The notes below the pieces were generated by a model that worked only from the letters and a program-made list of their open reading frames with translations, was not told the DNA's origin and searched no databases. The position numbers and the translations under genes were made by a program. Below are positions 62,060 through 64,000 of a stretch of DNA of 64,000 nucleotides, piece after piece. How positions within the stretch are numbered: position 1 is the stretch's first letter; each line of letters starts with the position of its first letter. Source of the stretch: Heptranchias perlo (taxonomy: Eukaryota); contig NC_090349.1 of the NCBI RefSeq assembly GCF_035084215.1, positions 24,924,001 to 24,988,000 of the forward strand, given 5' to 3'.

Positions 62060-63245
62060 AAGTTTGTAGCTGGGATGTAGGTGACGCTGACAAAACCACA
62101 TTTATTGCTCATCCTTGGTTACCATGGTGGTTGGCCTTCTCCTTGAATCGTTGAAGTGCTCATGCAGGTGGTACTCGCACAATGGTGTTAGGTAGGGAAT
62201 TCCAGGATTTTGATCAGTGTTGATGAAGGAAAGGCAGTTTATGTCCAAATCAGGAAGGCGTGTGACTTGGGAAACTTGGAGGTGATGGTTCCTACGACAT
62301 TGCTGCCCTTGCCCTTCTTGGTGGTAGTGGTGATGGAGGTGGGAGGTACCGTTCAAGTAACCTTGGTGAGTTGCTGCAGTCCATCCTGCAGATAGGACAT
62401 ATTGTGGCTATAAATGTGCTGGTACTTGGGAGGGTGGATATTGTCCAGTGGCAGGAGCATTGATCAAGTGAACTGCTTTGTTCTGGATGGCGTGGAGCTC
62501 CTGGAGTGTTGTTGCAGTTGCACCCATCCAGACAACTGATAGGTATTTCATCACACTCCTGAATAAGTCTTGTAGGTGGTGGAGAGGCTTTGAGGAGTCG
62601 GGAGTTGAGCCACATATCGCAAAGTGCCTAGCATTTGCCTTGCTCTTGTAGCCGTTGTCATGGCTGATGCAGTTCAGCTTTTGGTCAATGGTGATCATCT
62701 AGGATGTTGTGGTGGGGACTTGGCATTGGTTCCACTGTTGAAGGTCAAGCGAGGTGGTTGGGCTTTTCTATTTTTGGAGATGGCCATTACATGGCCCTTA
62801 CGTGGTGCTGATGTTACTTGCTACTTGTCAATCCAAGCCTGGATGCTGTCCAGGTTTTCCTGTAGGCTGGCATGAGCTGCTTCATTATCAGATGAGTTGT
62901 GAATGGAGTAGAACACTGAGGAATTGTCAGTGGATCGCCTTGCACCTGACCTTATGATGGAGGTAAGATGATTGTTGATGCAGCTGAAGATGATTGGACT
63001 GAGGGCGCTGCCTGGAGGAACTCCTGCTGTGATGTCCTGAGGCTGTGAAGATTGGCCTCGAACAACCATGCGCATATTTCTGTGTCAAGTACGACTGCAA
63101 TCACTGGAGAGTTTTCCTTTGATCCCCATTGACCTCAGTTTTGCTAGGGCTCTTTGCTTAGTCATACTTAGTCAAATGCTGCCTTGATGTTGAGGGCAGT
63201 TTCTCTTACCTCTCCTCTGGCATTCAGCTCTCATGTCCACGCCCA
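62060..63245 (-). mobile_element. CR1-clade LINE (second family), degenerate
   Basis: AGVPPGSALSPIIFSC, LQENLDSIQAW, RSVMKY, IQNKAVHLI; 3' end at ~62060. Confidence 0.8.
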
Positions 63246-63375
63246 GGACTCTGCCAAAACAGTTCTTCGACAAGGTGCTTTAAAGCAAATAGCTATTTTC
63301 TAGTGAAGACTTTCTTGGGGGAAAGCAGTTTGGCAATAGTGTTGTTCATTGGCAGAGATGTAGGAGCAGGTCACA

Positions 63376-64000
63376 TAGAACCATAGTGGTCTCATATATG
63401 TTAGAGTAGAAGGAGGCCATTCGGCCGATCGTACCTGTGCCGGTTCTTTGAAAGGGCTATCCAATTAGTCCCACTCCCCCGCTCTTTCCCCATAGCCGTG
63501 TAATTTTTTTCCCTTCAAGTAATTATCCAGTTCCCTCTTGAAAGTTCTTATTGAATCTGCTCCCACTACCCTTTCAGTCAGTGCATTCCAGATCATAACT
63601 CTCTGCGTAAAAATAGAATTTTCTCATGTCACCTGGCTCTTTTGCCAATCACCTTAAATCTGTGTCCTCTGGTTACTGACCCTTCTGCCACTGGAAAGAG
63701 TTTCTCATTTACTGTATCAAAACAGTTCATGATTTTGAACACCTCTATCAAATCTCTTCCTAACCTTCTCTGTTCCAAGGAGAACAACCCCAGCTTCTCC
63801 AGTCTCTCCACATAACTGAAGCCCCTCGTCCCTGGCACCATTCTAATAAATATCTCCAGCACCCTCTCTAAGGCCTTGACATCTTTCTTAAAGTGTGGTG
63901 CCCAGAATTGAACACAATACTCCAGTTGAGACCTAACCAGTGTTTTATAAAGGTTTAGCATAACTTCCTTGCTTTTGTACTCTGTGCCTCTATTAATAAG
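63376..64000 (-). mobile_element. CR1 LINE 3' part (continues beyond the window)
   Basis: [20 protein letters not shown]...TRGHRFKV in ORF 63629..63961. Confidence 0.92.

Overview
Vertebrate nuclear DNA, most likely from a cartilaginous fish (shark). This is inferred from the repeat content: abundant CR1 and L2 LINEs, Deu-domain/SacSINE-like SINEs and GGG-terminated MITEs. The window contains one complete protein-coding gene, ZCCHC8, the scaffold of the NEXT nuclear-exosome targeting complex. I assembled it by hand into 14 + strand exons (CDS 7867..33503, 2178 nt, 725 aa). It has two minor-spliceosome (U12-type) introns: an AT-AC intron 1 and a GT-AG intron 6, with the same variant branch site at the same distance from the acceptor. 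An in-frame major-class intron may be nested around intron 1 (twintron-like). A second CpG-island promoter and first exon lies at about 44.65-44.79 kb (probably CLIP1, by recalled synteny only) and is directly abutted by a ~2 kb 22-bp minisatellite with a CpG gradient. The rest is intronic or intergenic DNA with many transposable elements, including a solo LTR, nested MITEs and long palindromes. Most ORF-track entries are LINE fragments or repeat artefacts. TE family names and the human ZCCHC8 comparison come from recalled consensus sequences, not searches, and repeat boundaries are approximate unless TIR/TSD coordinates are given. I see no evidence of a wholly new multi-gene system. The best leads are the ZCCHC8 splicing architecture, the promoter minisatellite and a CR1 with a duplicated 3' UTR.
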